From positions 224,001 through 288,000 of the forward strand of contig OZ223497.1 in assembly GCA_965140785.1 (NCBI GenBank): a DNA stretch of 64,000 nucleotides, in the 5' to 3' direction. Numbering within the stretch: the stretch's first letter is position 1; every line of letters begins with the position of its first letter. This document shows, piece by piece, positions 26,540 through 36,921 of the stretch. The notes below the pieces were generated by a model, which had not been told where the DNA came from, searched no databases, and was given only the letters and a program-made list of their open reading frames with translations. A program made the position numbers and the translations under genes. The DNA is from an uncultured Ruficoccus sp. GTDB taxonomy: Bacteria > Verrucomicrobiota > Verrucomicrobiia > Opitutales > Cerasicoccaceae.

Positions 26540-27634
26540 TTAACTGTCCGCCCGACGGGAGGAAGCAGGCCTGGATGAAACAGGGGGCAGGGCGAGGGAG
26601 GCGCGCTGGATGGAGCTGAAAGGCGTGACGATCTCTGTATTGTGTGAACCGCGCCGGTGAATCAAGTCCATCAGCAGGCGGACGGCGCTCAGGCCTTGTT
26701 GTTGAGGGCTGGCCCCGACAGTGGTGAGGGGAGGGTCGAACAGGGCCGAGAAATCATAGTCGCCAGCTCCGACCACCGCAATATCTGCGGGGATGCGCAG
26801 GCCAGCCTGCTTGATTGCGTGGAGGGCGCCCAAGGCCATGCCGTCGGTGACGGCGTAGAGCCCGTCAATGCGCTCTCCCTGCTCGATCATGGCCTGCATG
26901 GCCTCGACCGCCGCGGTCTCGGTCAGGCTTTTTGCCACGATCTCCTGCACCGGGGAGCCCAAGCGGGTGGAGACTTGCCGCATGAAGCCATTGATACGAG
27001 TGTCTGTCACGTGCGTGACGGGGTTGCCGTGGAGCACCGCCAGCCGGCTGCGGCCACAGTCGAGCAGAAGGTCGGCGGCCCGGGAACCGGTTTCGGGATC
27101 CTCATACACACGCGAATAGCCCGGGATAGAACGGTTCACCAGTACTGCCGGGTAGGGAAGTTGGTTGCGCTGGAGGAATTGGTCGTCCCGGGGCGTGGTA
27201 TTGGTGATGATGGCAGCGTTGAAGTGACTGCCGCTCAGTAAGCCCGGCACCGAGTGCAGATCCCCGGCGGCGAACATTTCGATCGTGACGGTGAAATGAT
27301 AGGGGCTGCCGTTCGCGCGCTCCTCGTCCACGCACTGTCGGATGGCCTTGATGATGTGGTTGACCAGGGTCAGGGGCGCTTCGTAACTCGTGATGACGGC
27401 CAGGGTGACCGTGTTGAGTGAATCACTGCCGCTGCGCAGGCGGCGGGCGTTGATGTTCGGCATGTAGCCGAGGCGGGCGGCTGTTTCGCGGACCTTGGCC
27501 ACCGTCGCCGGAGATATCCGGCGCTCGGCGTGCTTGTTATTAAGGACGCTCGAGACCGACCCGATGGTCAGCCCCGCTTCCTCCGCAATCATGCGTACGG
27601 TGATCCTGTCCTTGCTTGCACTAGGCTTCTTCAT
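26540..27634 (-). CDS. LacI-family transcriptional regulator (canonical type)
   Basis: ITVRMIAEEAGLTIGSVSSVLN, LGYMPN..AR.LR hinge, IPADIAVVG..D, PPLTTV. Confidence 0.9.
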   Translation of the reverse strand: MKKPSASKDRITVRMIAEEAGLTIGSVSSVLNNKHAERRISPATVAKVRETAARLGYMPNINARRLRSGSDSLNTVTLAVITSYEAPLTLVNHIIKAIRQCVDEERANGSPYHFTVTIEMFAAGDLHSVPGLLSGSHFNAAIITNTTPRDDQFLQRNQLPYPAVLVNRSIPGYSRVYEDPETGSRAADLLLDCGRSRLAVLHGNPVTHVTDTRINGFMRQVSTRLGSPVQEIVAKSLTETAAVEAMQAMIEQGERIDGLYAVTDGMALGALHAIKQAGLRIPADIAVVGAGDYDFSALFDPPLTTVGASPQQQGLSAVRLLMDLIHRRGSHNTEIVTPFSSIQRASLALPPVSSRPASSRRADS

Positions 27635-27760
27635 GGCTGTGCCTTGATTTGATCATAATCAGCCGGTACTGTGCACAAGGCAATCCACTAACGACAGGAG
27701 ACCTTCCCTTCATGGGACGAAATTATCTCCCCGCAACGGTCCGTATGAAACCCGTGGTGT

Positions 27761-29431
27761 TTACGCTTCAGCCATGGTTTTTCTGTATGCGATAAAGTCC
27801 TTATGCATACGCTGGAAGATCTGGTACTTGGCCTGGTGGTAACGGGCGGTGGCGCCTTGGGTGGGTTTGATGCTTTTACCAACGGCGTTCATGGCGTTCA
27901 TGGCAGCGAGGACGGTGTTGTGGGTGCCGGCAGCGACCGAGCCGAGGACGGCTCCCCCGAGCAGAACGGCTTCGGGCTCCTGGGGGAGAATCAGCGTGCA
28001 GCCGGTGATGTCGGCATGCTCGCGCATGAAGACCCGGTTTTTCGTGCCACCCCCGCAGATAAAAAGGGTGTTGATGGCATAGCCTTTCTGGTTGAGCGCC
28101 TCAAGGATGTGGCGGGTGCCATAGGCGACGGCCTGAATGGTGGCCAAGTACTGGCGAGCGAGGTCGTCGCGGGTGGCCGAGAGGGTTAGACCGCTGATCA
28201 TGCCCTTGAGTGTGGCGTCGGCGCGGGGCGAGCGGTTGCCGTGGAAGTCAGGCTGGATGTGCAGCTCGCGGGTCACCTCGGCGGGGAAACGGCAGCCTTC
28301 GGCTTCAGCCAGGGCATCGGCATGATCGTTGAGCAGGTCGAAGATGCTTCGACCGCTCTTGTCGGCATCGGCCTGAAGCGCGGGCGTGGCCGGGTGGTTA
28401 AAAATAACGTGGTCGATGAGGGCGCCTACGGCGGACTGGCCGCCCTCGGTCAGCCACAGGCCGGGGACCATGGCCGAGAAGTACGGACCCCAGACACCCT
28501 TGATGTAACGGGGCTCGGGGGAGACGGCCATATGGCAGGAAGAGGTGCCGCCGATCAGTGCCAAGCGCCTGTTCAAGGTGGCCGGGCCAACCTTTTGTTT
28601 GCCCAGCTTGGCCCCGAGCAGCCCGAGGCCGCCGGCGTGTGCGTCGATGATCGAGACACCCACGGGCGTGCCCTCGGCCAGGCCGAGAGCTTTGGCTGCG
28701 GCGGCGCTGAGGCCGTTGCCCACCGGCTCGCCCATGGGGCGCACGCGGGTGCCGATGCGCTTGAAATTCTCCTTCACGAAGTCGCCCAAGCCGATGCTTT
28801 CAAAGTATGCTTTATCCCAGCCGGCACCGTCGAGGCCCTGATGACCAAGGTAGGTCCACTTGCACACGAGCGAACACAGCGAGCGGGTTGTCTCGCCGGT
28901 GGCGCGGTAGGTCAGGTAGTCCGGCAAATCAAAAAAGTGTGCGGCTCGCTTCCAGGCTTGAGGCAGGTTTTCCTTAACCCAAAGCAGCTTCGGGGTCTGC
29001 ATCTCGGGCGAGATGACCCCGCCGACGTAGCGCAGGACCTTATGCTTGCCGCGGTTGATGCGCGCGGTTTGCTCCAGAGCGCGGTGGTCCATCCATACGA
29101 TTACGTTCTGCTCGTCAGAGCCGGTGGGGCTGAGCGAGACCGGGGCGCCCTCCGCATCGATCGCAACCAGCGAGCAGGTGGCATCGAATCCGATTCCGGC
29201 TACCTGTCCGGGCTTGGCCCCGGCCTGCTTCAAGGCGGCGCGGGTAGCCGTGCAACAGGCCTGCCAAATGGCCTCCGAGGACTGCTCCACGAAGTCCGGC
29301 TTGGGCTTCCACATCGGGATGTCTTGTTTGGCGCTGGCGAGCATCTGCCCCCCCGCTGTGAAAAGTCCGGCACGTGCGCTGCCGGTGCCGACATCGATAC
29401 CAAGGAAAAGGGAAGAGGGAGACTTCTTCAT
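27761..29431 (-). CDS. FGGY-family pentulose (ribulokinase-like) carbohydrate kinase
   Basis: [33 protein letters not shown]. Confidence 0.9.
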   Translation of the reverse strand: MKKSPSSLFLGIDVGTGSARAGLFTAGGQMLASAKQDIPMWKPKPDFVEQSSEAIWQACCTATRAALKQAGAKPGQVAGIGFDATCSLVAIDAEGAPVSLSPTGSDEQNVIVWMDHRALEQTARINRGKHKVLRYVGGVISPEMQTPKLLWVKENLPQAWKRAAHFFDLPDYLTYRATGETTRSLCSLVCKWTYLGHQGLDGAGWDKAYFESIGLGDFVKENFKRIGTRVRPMGEPVGNGLSAAAAKALGLAEGTPVGVSIIDAHAGGLGLLGAKLGKQKVGPATLNRRLALIGGTSSCHMAVSPEPRYIKGVWGPYFSAMVPGLWLTEGGQSAVGALIDHVIFNHPATPALQADADKSGRSIFDLLNDHADALAEAEGCRFPAEVTRELHIQPDFHGNRSPRADATLKGMISGLTLSATRDDLARQYLATIQAVAYGTRHILEALNQKGYAINTLFICGGGTKNRVFMREHADITGCTLILPQEPEAVLLGGAVLGSVAAGTHNTVLAAMNAMNAVGKSIKPTQGATARYHQAKYQIFQRMHKDFIAYRKTMAEA

Positions 29432-29679
29432 CAGGTTATTCTTGAATAAGACAAAGTATGTTCAGGGTGCGAAAAACGATGCCCCAGTAACGCCAGTAGC
29501 CGTTAGTAATGAAGCGCCGTCTTGGTGGTGTCCAGTGGCACCTTATCAATGCAGTCGAGATGGGGAATTATCAGTAGTAGCGAAGATTAAGAGACGATAA
29601 GCGCGGTATGACTCAAGGTACTTTGACGAGTATTTCTGTATATTGCGAATCATTGGCGTGGAAGTGAGGTTTTGCCAAG

Positions 29680-29694
29680 GACAAACGTTTTTTC
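29680..29694. promoter_or_regulatory. Candidate LacI operator GACAAACGTTTTTTC
   Basis: Upstream of the FGGY kinase gene; matches the site at 26463. Confidence 0.55.
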
Positions 29695-29729
29695 AAAAGA
29701 TTTTTGTTTGGCACCTGTGGATATCGAAA

Positions 29730-30050
29730 GAGGCGCTCTGTGCCGGGGCTGGCCTGGATGGAGAGAAGCGGGGGCCGTAACTGTGTTTTTCGCCGAACAT
29801 GGCAAGTGCAGCATGCTCCCGGCCATCGAGCATATGGCAATGGTTCGCACGCGGGAGTGGAAACTGGTCGGCCTATGCGGATCGGGAGTATGGCGAGCTT
29901 TACAACATGACGAGATATCCCCAGAAAGTGGACAACCATTGGGCCGAGCGGCTATCCCGCGTGAGCTTGAGGAGAGCCTGGTGGAGCATCAGTGCGACCC
30001 GGTTCCGGCATGCTGACTGGAGGCTTCGTGGGCACGCTTCTGCACGATGA
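29730..30050 (+). pseudogene. Sulfatase C-terminal remnant
   Basis: Across two frameshifts it reads GRNCVF-AEHG...MAMVRTREWKLV-AYADREYGELYNMTRYPQKVDNHW, the typical sulfatase C-terminal pattern. Boundaries approximate. Confidence 0.7.
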
Positions 30051-30172
30051 ACGCGAGGATGACCGGGAGCAGAGAGTTGCGAGGCTTTCTTTACGCTCTA
30101 ACGTGCCATACCCAGACAACCCCCGCGCTGGTTTTGAAATGAATCAAGACCAGCGCGGGGAGGGGTATGCCG

Positions 30173-33100
30173 TTACTCGACGGCAAAGTTCTGCGTAACG
30201 CTGATCATTTTCTTGGGCGGCACGGTCATGACGCCAGAGACATTGGCGGCGGCGACGCTGCCGTCGGCGCCGAGCCGGTCGAAGACCGCATAGCGGGTTT
30301 CCCAGCCGGGGTTGAAGGCGATGAAAGTCGTCTCCACCGAGTCGCCGCTTTCGGAGAGTTTGGAGAAGCTCGCCAGCATGAGGATGGAGCCGTCGTCGTC
30401 CGTGCCGCCGCTGTCGGTGGCGCGCCCAAGATAGGTCCAGTCCGGCGTGCCGTAGGCATCGAGTGCGTGCAGGAAGTGGAGCATCGAGGTCGCCGAAAAG
30501 GCGGGCTGGTGCGGGACTTCGCGCCCGGCCGCTCCGTTGAGGGAGGCCCAGCTCGCCCAGACGCGGTCCACATACGGGTCCGGCCCGTCGGGGTCGAGGG
30601 CGGTGCCCGCCGCGTCCAGCGGCTCGTCGCCGGGGTTGTAGGGGACACCGGAGAGGGCGGAGGTCATAGCCATGGCCAACCAGTTGCCCGGCTGGTACAG
30701 GGCGGAGTCGCGCGCCGCGCGCCACTCCTCACGCATCATGGCTCCGGCCCACTTGCGCATGTAGCCGGAGTTGCGGGAGATGCCCAGGGTCCACGCGGTG
30801 GGCGGGTAGGCGATGATGAACTTCGAGCCCGTCGGGTAGGCGTAGAAGAAGTTGTTCAGCGTGGGGCCGAACTTGCGGTAGAGGGAGACCCCAGGCGAGG
30901 CCTCACCGCCGAAGTACGGCTCGGACTTGTAGAAGGCCTCGTGCGCGCCGTCGTTATAGGTGGAGTTGGGCGGATAGGAGTTGTTGCCGCCGTTGTTGGG
31001 TATGCTGGAGGAGGCAACGGTGGTGACCGGAATCCACGAGTACTGGTTGAGCGTGTCGTTGTCGGAGAGGTTGTAGTTCTTGTCCTGGAAGTACAGGTCG
31101 CTGGTGGCCATGCCCGTGGCGAGCATGTACAGGCCCACGTCCACGAGGGGTTTGCGGTCCGTGCCCGCGCCCCAGAGAATGGCAGCACTGTAGGCCTGAA
31201 GCCCTTCCCAGGTGGAGTTCTCGTTCTCGTCCCCGAAGCCGAAGTTACCCGTGCCGGAGCTGACGGCGACGCTCCAAGGGGTGGCCGGGTCGCGCAGGCC
31301 GGCGGGGCCGGGCGGGATGCCGGTAGCCCAGCCGTGGCCGTTCCACTGGTCGAAGAAGGGTAGCTTCTGGTAGGTGAACTCGCTGACCTCGTAGATGTCG
31401 TTGAGCAGGGATGAGTTGTCCGGGTCGTAGGCGACGGAGAGGTACCACTGCTCCATCGCGGTGCCCATCTGGCCCGGCGAGGCCCACAGGTCGTTGGGCT
31501 TGCCGGAGATGCTCTCGTCCCACGAGTGGTCGAAGATCGCGGCCCAGCCGGCCACACCGAGGTAGTAGCCGAAGAAATAGTGCTGGTCATTCCACTGATC
31601 GGAGACCCCGAAACCGCTCCAGAGCTTACCCGGCTTCCAGGCGCTGAGGCCGGTCTTGCCCGCGTTGTCCGGCGGGTTAGCGGGCGGATTGTGGATGGAG
31701 CTGACCACACCGTAGACGGGGATTGTCGCGGTCGGGTTGATCAGGATGCGCCCGACGTTGGTGTCGTAGAGCGTGAAGTAGTCCATCTGCCAGGTCTGGC
31801 TCAGCTCGCCCGGCGCCAGGTTCTCGGTCGGGTTGTTATGGTAGGTCGGGTCCTGTTGCAGGATGCTGAGCGTGCGCTGCATCATTTGCACCGAGCTTTG
31901 GAGCGCACCCCGCAGCGTGAAGAGCGGGTTGTGCTCGCGCAGGATGGGCAAGCCGCGCTCGTAGGTGTAGGGCTCCTCGGTCCGGAAGACTGTGTTGCCC
32001 AGATTGTAGGCCCACGTGCTTGGGTTGACCGAAGGCTTATCCTCGCTGGCGTAGTGCTGCTGGAGCTGGTAGAGGACATTGACGGACTTGGTGGTGGCCG
32101 AGAGCTGGTTGCCGAGGCCGTAGCCGTCGGGGGCGCTGGCCCCCCCAAAGGCCCCGCCGAAGGGCCGGACCGGGTCGAGCATGCCGCCGGTGTAGTCGGC
32201 GATGATGTTGTCGTACAACACCTGCTCGACCTTGATTCGTGTCGGCACAGCCTGCGTGACGAAGCCCTTCCCCTGCGACTGGGGCGAGAGCATCTGCCGG
32301 TTTTCCACGTCGAAGTATTTCAGGTAAAGCCGTCCGGTGGCGTCGGAGGTCTCGCCGTCGGAGTCGGGGAGGTAGCCGCGCTGGTCGATGGTGCCGGTGC
32401 CGTTGTTGCGGATGAAGGGGGTTTCCAGGCCGCCGCTGCCGTCGGCGGTGGCGTAGATCTCCGCGAAGGGGCCGCGGGGCGGAGCCGCGTCCGTGCTGGG
32501 AATGCCACGCGCGGGGTCGACCAGTTGCAGGACTTCCGAGGAAGAGTAGCCGCTGCCGCCGGTGAGCACGTCGATGGAGGCGAGGGTGCCGTCCGGGGCG
32601 ATGTTGACCTGGAAGGTCGCCCCCGTACCGGCTGAGTTGACAACAGCCCCGACCGCGCCGGGCGTGACCGGGTAGTTCGAGCCGGGGCGGACGACGTCGA
32701 TGCTGGCGATGGAGGTGTCCTCGGCGACGTTGACCCGGGTGGCCGCGTCGTGGCCGCGTCCACCGCGCACCTGGAACAGGGCCAGCCCCCAGAAGCCGGA
32801 GCCATTGTTGCCGTTTTTGAAGCCGTTGAGTACGAGCTTGCCGCTGCTGTCCACGCTCCAGTCGAACTCGGGCATCTCGAAGGTGCCCTCACCCGAACCG
32901 GGTCCGACGCTGCCGCCGGTGATAACCAGCTCGACCGGCTGGTCATAGACGGCGGTGGAGGCGCCGCTGCTGAGGGTTGCGTCCGCAATGGAGGCGCCGG
33001 GGTAGGCGTAGGCGATGCAGGGGGTGGTGGCGGTGCCGCCCTCGAACTGGATCTGCTTGCGCGTGCTCAGGGCCGAGCTCTGAGCCTCGCCCAGGTCGAT

Positions 33101-36100
33101 CTTGCGGATCTGTCCCCCAACAAAGGAACCATCCGCGATCTTGCACTCGATGCGCTGGTCGAGGTCGTTGATGTAGTACGCCCCAGTGGGCTGTACACTG
33201 TACTCGCCGGGGTCTTCGATCAGGATGCCGAAGAGGTTGTTCGTGGCGGCCATGTTCAGCTCGATCTGCGGGGCGGTGCCACCGCCGGAGGGCGGGGGTA
33301 CTTCGACCAGGATGTTGGCGGCGGTGTCTTCGAGGCTGTCATTGATCAGCGGATACAGGCCCGCGTTGTCAAAGCCTCCGATACTGGTGCGGTTGATGCC
33401 GTAAACCTCGCCGGGCTTGACCACTTGGACCTGCGCGCCGGAGCCGTTGCCGTCTAGTACGGCGTTGATGGGCTGGTCGAAGTCGTAGCCCGAGCCGCCG
33501 GTGATGACGCTGGCCGGGCCGGCGACCACGTTGTTGGAGGAGTCAAAGACGGGCACGACGATGGCCGGATCAACCTTCGGGTTGCCCGGCTGAGTGATCT
33601 GCACGGTGCTGCGGTAGCCCGAGCCCTTGTCGTTCATGAACACGGCCAGCACGCGACCTTCGCCGTCGGTCTGGACGCGGGCCTTGGCCTGGGTGCCGCC
33701 GGGGAGCGAGGGCGGTGAGATGACGAACTCGGCTTCGGTATCGGAGGGCGGGTTACCGACGGGATAACCGCTGCCGGGGTTGACGACATCGACCTGAAGG
33801 ATGCGCCCGGTGTTGGGCTCGAGCAGCACCTGGAAGTCGGCTCCGGAGCCGTGGCCGCCGGGGCGCAGGTCGGTCAGGGTGGCGGTGGGCTGGTCGGTCA
33901 CACGGGTGTAGCCGTCCACGTCCGAGAGGAGCACGACCTGGATACCGGTCTGCTCGTAGCTATCCTCCCACTTGGGCTCGGGCATGGAGGGGAGGAAATT
34001 CTGGAACAGATACTCCGTGGTGAAGGAACCGGTGATGACCGACTTCAAGTTACCGCGCGGGTGCCAGTAGTCCCAGCGCGAGGGCGCGGAGGGGTCGCTT
34101 TTATTCGCATTGGGCGGGCCGCTCACAGCCGGGAAGTCGATTCCGGGAGTTTTAAGGGGATTCCAGACTACCTCTTCGCCGGAAGCTTTGGTCAGGTCCG
34201 GCCCAAGCGTGTAGGGCTGGTAATGGTGCGGGAAGAGCGTCATCACGGTCTTGGAGTCGTCCGCGACCATGCCGGTGGCGGTGGCGTCCCCGGCCTCGAC
34301 GAATGGGTTCTGAAAGGCGGCGTCGAAGTGTGTGGTGACCTTGTACATGTTGGTCACCGAATAGCGCACATCGGTGTCGGTGAGGAAGTTGAAGGCGTAC
34401 TTGCCCATCTCGTCGGCCCAGTCGCGGGCAGCTTGATCGAGCACGGACTTGGCGTCGCGGGTAACGTCGGTGTGGTAGTAGCGCATGACGGGGACCTGCC
34501 CGACCACGAACCAGTTTTTGCCCGTGCCGTTGAAGCCCTCCTCAGCGAACTTTAAATAAAAGTACGGGTTGCCCTGGGCGTCGGTGCCGGAGTTGGCGGC
34601 AGTGACGGTTTCAACCGTGCCGGTGCGGAAGAAGACCGCGAAGTAGGTATGGTTGTCCTGAGCGCCCGGCGGGTTGAAGCCGCCCGGCTGCACGTTCTGC
34701 GGCTGGGTTGTCGCATCGGGCAGGTAGCCGAATTGCGGGCCGTTCTCCAGAAACCACTGGTTCGGGTTGGTCTGGTCGCCGTAGAGCAGCACGTAGCTCA
34801 CGCCCGTGACGCCGGGAACGGCGCGAACTCCGCCGGCATCCTCCGGATCTACCGTCCCGGCGTTGGTGCCGGTGGTATTGTCGAGGGAGCCCTCCAGGTT
34901 TTGGCGGATGAGATCGTAAAAGATCATGTAGCGGTCGCTGTCACCGGGAGCGGTCTGGTTCGCGCTCAGCTCGCACCAGACAAAGGGAGAGCCCTGTGCG
35001 ACGGTCATCTTCAGGTAATTACCGCGTGCCGGCTGGCCGAAGGCTGTGCGTCGGTACCGGTAGTTGTCATACGCGGAGATGCTGGGGTTCGAGCCTTCCC
35101 AGACCAAGTCGGCGTGCCAGTCGCCCATCTCGTCCGTGAGGATGGCAAAGGGCGTCTGCTGCTGGGGCTGAAGGTTGGAATTGAAGACCGGGTAGGGGAA
35201 GGGCTGGTAGCTGGGTTCAAGCGCGGTGCCGACATTGTTCCAGGCCTCGTGGTCGAGCATCTGGGAGGGAGGGACGACGGAGGGAACGAGCACGAGTGTC
35301 TCCAGCGGACGTACCTGCACGCGCAGCCAGGACTCGCGCCAGTAGTCGGGGAAAGTATCCCCGCTGCCGAAGTCGATGCGGTCGCCATACTGGTAGAAGA
35401 ACGGGTAGTTCGGCGAGAGGTTGACCCCGCGGACGATTTTCTTGTCCTGCCAGTACTTGGCCTCACCGGGGAATTCCTTCATCGGCTCGGTCACATAGCC
35501 GAACTTGCCGGGGGCCCAATTGTAGTTCAGGCGAAGGGGTTGCATATAGAGCGGCTGTTGGTCCACGCGCACCGGTGTCCACGCGCCGTTGTCCACGCCG
35601 TCGTCGGGCTCATACTGCCACACGTAGAAATCCCAAGGGGTTACGCTATTGTCGTTGGGGTCCTTGTAGGGGTAGCCGGCCTCGTGTCCGGGCGGGGGTG
35701 TGCCGTTGCCCCACAGGAACCACCCCATCCAGCTCCGGCGCGGCGGTTGGGAGCGCTGTGAGGTATAGTCGTTGAGCAGATTCTGGGTGAAGGAAACCTG
35801 CTCCGCACCTACGGCCTTGGGATACTTGCTGTCCTGCGGCGTGTCGTCGGTGTCGCTGACGGCGGGGTTGATCTGGTAAATGTAGGCTTCGTCCATGGCG
35901 GGAATCCCGTCCCAGGCATCGCCTGCGTTGACCCCGACGAGGACCTTGGCCGCCAGTTCCGGGTTGTAAGGAACATCGAAATTGAGCCGGTAGAAATACT
36001 GCTGGCCGGTGGGCAGGGGAGGCGAGATCGGCTGGCGGTAGATGAGGACGTTGGGGTCCTCCGGATCAATCTGCCCCGAAGCGGTGATCGTGACATCCTG

Positions 36101-36439
36101 CCATGAATCGCTTTCCAGCGTGCCTGAGCGTTCCAGCTTGTACTGGACGCCGCTGTCCAGGTCGTTCCGCAGGCGAAAGACCACGACCTGGCCGGAACCG
36201 TTTCTCTCCATCGCCGGGCCGACCCCGGCGGGAATGTCCACACTGAGCGGGTCGGTCCCGAAGATATACTCCAGCGCGTTGACGTACTTGTCCTTGTCCG
36301 GATTCATCAGCGGGCCCTCATCGCCGATGGGGAAGGCAAAGCCCGAGAGCCACTCTTCGTAGGTGATCGCTTTTGCCGGGGAAGTCAGAAGCAGCGCGCC
36401 TGTGAACGCTGCTAACGAAGCAGTGAATAGTTTATTCAT
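30173..36439 (-). CDS. Large secreted divergent GH81-like protein with GSGY-repeat insertion
   Basis: Signal peptide. Motifs collinear with the GH81 of the 6135-15752 gene: GDWHAD, QGSPFVW, FPHHYQ, PRGNLK, FLPSMPEP, NDQHYFFGY, FDQWNGHGWA, NENSTWE. Confidence 0.75.
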   Translation of the reverse strand: MNKLFTASLAAFTGALLLTSPAKAITYEEWLSGFAFPIGDEGPLMNPDKDKYVNALEYIFGTDPLSVDIPAGVGPAMERNGSGQVVVFRLRNDLDSGVQYKLERSGTLESDSWQDVTITASGQIDPEDPNVLIYRQPISPPLPTGQQYFYRLNFDVPYNPELAAKVLVGVNAGDAWDGIPAMDEAYIYQINPAVSDTDDTPQDSKYPKAVGAEQVSFTQNLLNDYTSQRSQPPRRSWMGWFLWGNGTPPPGHEAGYPYKDPNDNSVTPWDFYVWQYEPDDGVDNGAWTPVRVDQQPLYMQPLRLNYNWAPGKFGYVTEPMKEFPGEAKYWQDKKIVRGVNLSPNYPFFYQYGDRIDFGSGDTFPDYWRESWLRVQVRPLETLVLVPSVVPPSQMLDHEAWNNVGTALEPSYQPFPYPVFNSNLQPQQQTPFAILTDEMGDWHADLVWEGSNPSISAYDNYRYRRTAFGQPARGNYLKMTVAQGSPFVWCELSANQTAPGDSDRYMIFYDLIRQNLEGSLDNTTGTNAGTVDPEDAGGVRAVPGVTGVSYVLLYGDQTNPNQWFLENGPQFGYLPDATTQPQNVQPGGFNPPGAQDNHTYFAVFFRTGTVETVTAANSGTDAQGNPYFYLKFAEEGFNGTGKNWFVVGQVPVMRYYHTDVTRDAKSVLDQAARDWADEMGKYAFNFLTDTDVRYSVTNMYKVTTHFDAAFQNPFVEAGDATATGMVADDSKTVMTLFPHHYQPYTLGPDLTKASGEEVVWNPLKTPGIDFPAVSGPPNANKSDPSAPSRWDYWHPRGNLKSVITGSFTTEYLFQNFLPSMPEPKWEDSYEQTGIQVVLLSDVDGYTRVTDQPTATLTDLRPGGHGSGADFQVLLEPNTGRILQVDVVNPGSGYPVGNPPSDTEAEFVISPPSLPGGTQAKARVQTDGEGRVLAVFMNDKGSGYRSTVQITQPGNPKVDPAIVVPVFDSSNNVVAGPASVITGGSGYDFDQPINAVLDGNGSGAQVQVVKPGEVYGINRTSIGGFDNAGLYPLINDSLEDTAANILVEVPPPSGGGTAPQIELNMAATNNLFGILIEDPGEYSVQPTGAYYINDLDQRIECKIADGSFVGGQIRKIDLGEAQSSALSTRKQIQFEGGTATTPCIAYAYPGASIADATLSSGASTAVYDQPVELVITGGSVGPGSGEGTFEMPEFDWSVDSSGKLVLNGFKNGNNGSGFWGLALFQVRGGRGHDAATRVNVAEDTSIASIDVVRPGSNYPVTPGAVGAVVNSAGTGATFQVNIAPDGTLASIDVLTGGSGYSSSEVLQLVDPARGIPSTDAAPPRGPFAEIYATADGSGGLETPFIRNNGTGTIDQRGYLPDSDGETSDATGRLYLKYFDVENRQMLSPQSQGKGFVTQAVPTRIKVEQVLYDNIIADYTGGMLDPVRPFGGAFGGASAPDGYGLGNQLSATTKSVNVLYQLQQHYASEDKPSVNPSTWAYNLGNTVFRTEEPYTYERGLPILREHNPLFTLRGALQSSVQMMQRTLSILQQDPTYHNNPTENLAPGELSQTWQMDYFTLYDTNVGRILINPTATIPVYGVVSSIHNPPANPPDNAGKTGLSAWKPGKLWSGFGVSDQWNDQHYFFGYYLGVAGWAAIFDHSWDESISGKPNDLWASPGQMGTAMEQWYLSVAYDPDNSSLLNDIYEVSEFTYQKLPFFDQWNGHGWATGIPPGPAGLRDPATPWSVAVSSGTGNFGFGDENENSTWEGLQAYSAAILWGAGTDRKPLVDVGLYMLATGMATSDLYFQDKNYNLSDNDTLNQYSWIPVTTVASSSIPNNGGNNSYPPNSTYNDGAHEAFYKSEPYFGGEASPGVSLYRKFGPTLNNFFYAYPTGSKFIIAYPPTAWTLGISRNSGYMRKWAGAMMREEWRAARDSALYQPGNWLAMAMTSALSGVPYNPGDEPLDAAGTALDPDGPDPYVDRVWASWASLNGAAGREVPHQPAFSATSMLHFLHALDAYGTPDWTYLGRATDSGGTDDDGSILMLASFSKLSESGDSVETTFIAFNPGWETRYAVFDRLGADGSVAAANVSGVMTVPPKKMISVTQNFAVE

Positions 36440-36921
36440 GATGAAAAGAGTAATATGTCAGAGAGCCGCCTGAATAACGGCGTGGGGGGGGGGACAGAAA
36501 TCGTGCAAGTTCTGACTGGTATTCTTCGGATGAGATATCGGGTTGCTTAAGCCGATGTGCCTGTTTCGGACTGCACTTAATTCGTGGATGACCCGAGAGC
36601 TGCCCAAAGTCTTTCCATACAGCCGCTAGCCATTTGTCCTCTCATTCGTAAAACGCCACTGGAATTGGAGAAAATCATGCATGGCCGTGTAGTAGAAGTT
36701 ATCAATCCCATAAGGATAAATGAAGGATGTAGGGGATGGAATAGGGGCTATGCCATAGGATGAGATAGGGTGTTCTGCTCAATGGAATCCGCAGGCAGAA
36801 TCAGAAGTGACGGTAGGGTTATTTGAAATCAGTTGGAGGTGCGCTTACGGATACTCTCGGCTATTTGCCTGGAGACTCAGGTGGTTGACAGCATTCTGGG
36901 AGGCAATCATGGTTTTGAATC

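Noticed and set aside
29440..29640. Possible gene remnant or leader RNA upstream of the FGGY kinase
   Set aside because: No convincing protein motif or RNA structure could be supported.
32230..33940. Prophage or tailocin gene suggested by GSGY repeats
   Set aside because: The repeats sit inside a signal-peptide-bearing GH81-like ORF and no phage genes are nearby.
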